Positions 16,887 through 19,915 of a DNA stretch of 19,915 bases are shown here, piece by piece. The DNA is from Chthonomonadales bacterium (GTDB lineage: Bacteria > Armatimonadota > Chthonomonadetes > Chthonomonadales > CAJBBX01): the NCBI GenBank assembly GCA_049967475.1, contig JBMFSQ010000040.1, forward strand, positions 1 to 19,915, written 5' to 3'. Within the stretch, counting starts at the first letter, position 1, and each line of letters starts with the position of its first letter. The notes under the pieces are model-generated. The model was not told the origin of the DNA. It worked only from the letters and a program-made list of their open reading frames with translations, and made no database searches. Position numbers and translations under genes: made by a program.

Positions 16887-18056
16887 ATGGAGCCCATCAG
16901 CCTCTACGTCCACGTACCGTTCTGCGAGCGCCGGTGTGCTTACTGCGACTTCAACACCTTCGCAGGACTAGGCAGATTGACCGATGCCTACGTAAAGGCC
17001 GCCTCCTCCCAGATCGAGCGCAGCCCTGAACGCGGTAGGAAGGTAGACACGATCTTTTTCGGGGGCGGGACCCCTACCTTTCTTGCGCCGCTTCAACTGG
17101 CGAAGATCATGGAGGCAGTGCGGCGCAATTTCGCCGTGGAAGACGGTGCCGAGATTACTTCAGAGGCCAACCCCGGATCCGGCGACGGCCAGCGCTTCGC
17201 CGCAATGCGCAGAATGGGCTTCAACCGCATTTCCATCGGCGTGCAGTCCTTCAACGACGCCCTTCTGCGGAAGCTCGGGCGCATCCATACCGCAGAGGAG
17301 GCCCGGACCGCCTTCCATGGTGCGCGGCAGGCGGGCTTCGCAAACGTGAACCTGGATCTCATGTTCGGCTTGCCCGCGCAGTCGTTCCAGGACTGGTGCG
17401 CCACGTTGGAGCAGGCTGTTTGCCTTGGACCGGAGCATCTCTCGGTGTATGCGCTCACCATTGAGCCGGGAACTCCGTTCCACAAGGCTGCTGCTTTGGG
17501 CAAGCTGGATTTGCCGGATGAACAGCTTCAAAACGATATGTATGAATGGGCAATCGAGCGATTGGAACGCGCCGGATACGAGCATTACGAGATCTCCAAT
17601 TTCGCGCTCCCAGGATTTCGTTGCCGGCATAACCTCAACTACTGGCACAACGGCGAATATCTCGGTTTCGGACCGGGCGCCGTGTCGTATCTGAAGGGCC
17701 GCAGGTGGAAAACGGAGCCGGACCTGACGCGCTACATAACGAAACTGGCGATGGGTGAAGACACCGCCACAGAGCAGGAGTGTCTGCCGCCCCTGCAGGC
17801 TCTGGGAGAAACGCTTATGGTGGGCATCCGGTTAATGGATGGCGTGGATTTGGATGCCCTGGGCCGGCGCTTCGAGTGTGATGCGCACCGCATCCTGGGC
17901 GATGCACTGTTCGAGCTGGAGCGCGCGGGCCTGGTGGAACGGAGTGCGGGACGGGTGCACCTTACACGCCGCGGCCTGCTCTTTGCCGATGACGTGGCTT
18001 GTGCGCTTGTAATGCCCGATGGGGACGCGGAACAACGCCCCATAGGCGTGTCGTAG
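16887..18056 (+). CDS. hemW: Radical SAM heme chaperone HemW (HemN-like)
   Basis: Motifs SLYVHVPFCERRCAYCDF (CxxxCxxC), FFGGGTPT, EANP, RISIGVQSF, DLMFGLP, YEISNFA and RHNLNYW. HNxxYW is typical of HemW rather than HemN. Confidence 0.92.
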   Translation: MEPISLYVHVPFCERRCAYCDFNTFAGLGRLTDAYVKAASSQIERSPERGRKVDTIFFGGGTPTFLAPLQLAKIMEAVRRNFAVEDGAEITSEANPGSGDGQRFAAMRRMGFNRISIGVQSFNDALLRKLGRIHTAEEARTAFHGARQAGFANVNLDLMFGLPAQSFQDWCATLEQAVCLGPEHLSVYALTIEPGTPFHKAAALGKLDLPDEQLQNDMYEWAIERLERAGYEHYEISNFALPGFRCRHNLNYWHNGEYLGFGPGAVSYLKGRRWKTEPDLTRYITKLAMGEDTATEQECLPPLQALGETLMVGIRLMDGVDLDALGRRFECDAHRILGDALFELERAGLVERSAGRVHLTRRGLLFADDVACALVMPDGDAEQRPIGVS

Positions 18057-18121
18057 ATTGTTACGGTGACGGGCTCCGGCCCCACGGAGCACCGCACCCT
18101 ACCGTGTGGGAGATGATGCCG

Positions 18122-19000
18122 ATGTCCACAGCGAACACGATGAAGACAACAGTTCTGATGGCCGCCCTTTTCGGTTTGTTCATGGCAGTTGGCGGGCTTA
18201 TCGGCCGCGGAGGCGGCTTGGTCGTGGGCTTTTTGCTGGCGGCAGGCCTCAACTTTTTTGCCTATTGGTTCAGCGACAAGGTGGCCCTGGCCATGAGCGG
18301 CGCCCAAGAAGTAACCGAGGCAGAGGCGCCGGAGCTGTTCCACATTGTGCGCAAATTGGCGGCGCAGGCCGGGCTGCCTATGCCCAGGGTGTACATCACC
18401 CCATCTCCCCAGCCCAATGCCTTTGCAACCGGCCGCGATCCCCACCACGCTGCAGTGGCGGTAACCCAGGGGATCCTCCAGGCGCTTACCCCGGATGAGC
18501 TGGAAGCCGTGCTTTCTCACGAGATGGCCCACGTCCAGCACAGGGATATCCTCATCAGCTCCGTTGCGGCCACGATCGCCGGTGCAATCAGCCTCATCGT
18601 GCAGATCTTGCAGTTCGAGATGTTCTTCGGCGGGTACGGTAGGGGCGAGCGCCGCGGCGGCAATCCGCTGGCTCTCCTTGCAGCCATCATCGTAGCCCCG
18701 ATCGCTGCGACACTCATCCAGCTTGCCATCTCCCGGTCCCGGGAGTATGAGGCGGACCGAGGCGGAGCCCTCATTTCCCGCAAGCCACTCGAACTCGCTC
18801 GGGCCCTGGCGAAGCTGGAGAATTACGCGCAAAGCATCCCGGTGGCCGTCAATCCGGCCTCGGCGCACATGTACATCGTGAACCCGCTGGCTGGTACGAG
18901 CGGTATGGGGCTCGCCGCCCTCTTCCGCACGCATCCGCCCACGGAGGAGCGCATCGCCCGCCTGCAGCGGATTGCCCGGGATATGGGCCAGATAGCCTAG
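18122..19000 (+). CDS. htpX: Zinc metalloprotease HtpX (peptidase M48)
   Basis: Motifs NTMKT, YWFSDK, PNAFATGRDP, HEMAH (HExxH), AISRSREYEAD and LFRTHPPTEERI. Start is uncertain among ATG 18113, 18116 and 18122; the GGGAG SD spacing favours 18122. Confidence 0.95.
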   Translation: MSTANTMKTTVLMAALFGLFMAVGGLIGRGGGLVVGFLLAAGLNFFAYWFSDKVALAMSGAQEVTEAEAPELFHIVRKLAAQAGLPMPRVYITPSPQPNAFATGRDPHHAAVAVTQGILQALTPDELEAVLSHEMAHVQHRDILISSVAATIAGAISLIVQILQFEMFFGGYGRGERRGGNPLALLAAIIVAPIAATLIQLAISRSREYEADRGGALISRKPLELARALAKLENYAQSIPVAVNPASAHMYIVNPLAGTSGMGLAALFRTHPPTEERIARLQRIARDMGQIA

Positions 19001-19020
19001 AGTTCGGCGCGGTTCGCACA

Positions 19021-19064
19021 AGCCCATCAGCGCATTTGACAACTCGGCCCTGATGGGCTATTTT
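19021..19064 (+). promoter_or_regulatory. Sigma70 promoter embedded in a 10-bp inverted repeat (possible htpX terminator or operator)
   Basis: TTGACA (19036-19041), 17-bp spacer, TATTTT (19059-19064). Inverted repeat AGCCCATCAG (19021-19030) / CTGATGGGCT (19050-19059), followed by ATTTTATT. Confidence 0.7.
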
Positions 19065-19098
19065 ATTGAATATAACTTGCCTTATGGGAGATGCGCCT

Positions 19099-19905
19099 AT
19101 GCCTCGCTTCAGCGTGTCCGAAGAGCACGTGGCTCAATTCGAAAGGGATGGGTACATCATCGTGCGCCATCTCTTCGACGAAGAGGAGATGCAGCTTCTG
19201 AGCTCCATCGCCCGGTCCGACGCCGGCCTTGCGCGCCTCGCCTATGGCCGGCAGGACACCCAGGGCACCGCGGCGACGATCGCATTGAGGAACGACCTGC
19301 CCGACGATATCTACGGCGCCATCGCCCGCTGTGAGCGTGTGGTGCGCACCATGGAACGGCTGCTGGGAGGAGAGGTCTATCACTACCATCACAAGATGAC
19401 CATGAAGGAGCCCTTCACCGGTGGAGCCTGGGAGTGGCACCAGGATTACGGCTACTGGTACAACAACGGCTGCCTCTTCCCCTACATGGCAAGCTGCTGG
19501 ATACCCGTAGATCCCGCCACGCGAGAAAACGGATGCATGCAGGTGATCAAGGGGTCCCACCACATGGGCCGCATCGAACACGGACGGGTGGGGGAACAGA
19601 CCGGGGCCGACTTGGAACGGGTCAACGCTGCCCTGGAGCGCATGGAACTCGTCTATTGCGAGATGGATCCCGGCGATGCCCTGTTCTTCCACTGCAACCT
19701 CTTGCACCGGTCAGACCAGAACCGAAGCCCCAACCCGCGATGGGCGCTCATCTGCTGCTACAACGCCGCAAGGAACGATCCCTACAAGGAAAGCGGCCAC
19801 CCGCGCTATCACCCATTGGAGGTATGGCCGGACGAACGGGTTCTGGAAGTCGGCCGCAGGCAGTGGGCGGAACTGGCCGGGAGCGTCGGCACGAGCAGCC
19901 GGTAG
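19099..19905 (+). CDS. PhyH-family Fe(II)/2OG dioxygenase (proline-4-hydroxylase/ectoine-hydroxylase-like branch)
   Basis: ATG 19099 with SD GGGAG (19086-19090). Motifs FERDGYIIVR, KMTMKEPFTGGAWEWHQDYGYW, ENGCMQVIKGSH and PGDALFFHCNLLHRSDQNRS. Confidence 0.92.
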   Translation: MPRFSVSEEHVAQFERDGYIIVRHLFDEEEMQLLSSIARSDAGLARLAYGRQDTQGTAATIALRNDLPDDIYGAIARCERVVRTMERLLGGEVYHYHHKMTMKEPFTGGAWEWHQDYGYWYNNGCLFPYMASCWIPVDPATRENGCMQVIKGSHHMGRIEHGRVGEQTGADLERVNAALERMELVYCEMDPGDALFFHCNLLHRSDQNRSPNPRWALICCYNAARNDPYKESGHPRYHPLEVWPDERVLEVGRRQWAELAGSVGTSSR

Positions 19906-19915
19906 GGGCGCATCG

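Noticed and set aside
16887..18056. hemN (coproporphyrinogen dehydrogenase) or a RiPP-maturing radical SAM for the Cys-rich ORF
   Set aside because: The HNxxYW motif and ~390-aa length fit HemW. There is no SPASM/twitch Cys cluster, and the gene lies more than 16 kb from the Cys-rich ORF.
17732..19042. 436-aa minus-strand ORF
   Set aside because: Antisense to the well-supported hemW and htpX genes, with no domain signal.
19099..19905. ectD (ectoine hydroxylase)
   Set aside because: The EctD signature is absent and there are no ectABC genes in the window.

Overview
High-GC bacterial window (roughly 60-65% GC by eye) with about 17 densely packed CDSs. I found no tRNA, rRNA, CRISPR array or transposase. 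The gene mix is reminiscent of Armatimonadota or similar glycan-degrading lineages, but that is inference only. (1) 1-2065 is an accessory-looking cassette: a 12-Cys ORF with a near-symmetric CxxxC pattern and a cationic amphipathic helix (possibly the C-terminal tip of a longer gene cut by the window edge), a TolB/PD40-like beta-propeller, and a PsbP/DUF1795-like ORF apparently interrupted by an in-frame TAA. (2) 2407-12437 is a carbohydrate-utilisation region: exported HEAT-repeat protein, PhyH-family Fe(II)/2OG dioxygenase, divergent GH38/GH57-like hydrolase, lone ABC permease, TIM-barrel sugar isomerase/lyase and a 1096-aa multidomain GH106-like hydrolase. (3) 12610-14235 holds two membrane-anchored NTF2/DUF4878-like proteins. 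(4) 14305-16812 is a minus-strand operon of DUF1992, a PseG/SpsG-like GT-B protein and a non-canonical DHDPS-family aldolase. (5) 16887-19905 holds hemW (apparently leaderless), htpX and a second PhyH dioxygenase with a near-consensus sigma70 promoter inside an inverted repeat. The best novelty candidates are the Cys-rich toxin/partner cassette and the dioxygenase-coupled GH38/GH57 hybrid operon. All family calls come from motif recognition by eye; no searches were run.
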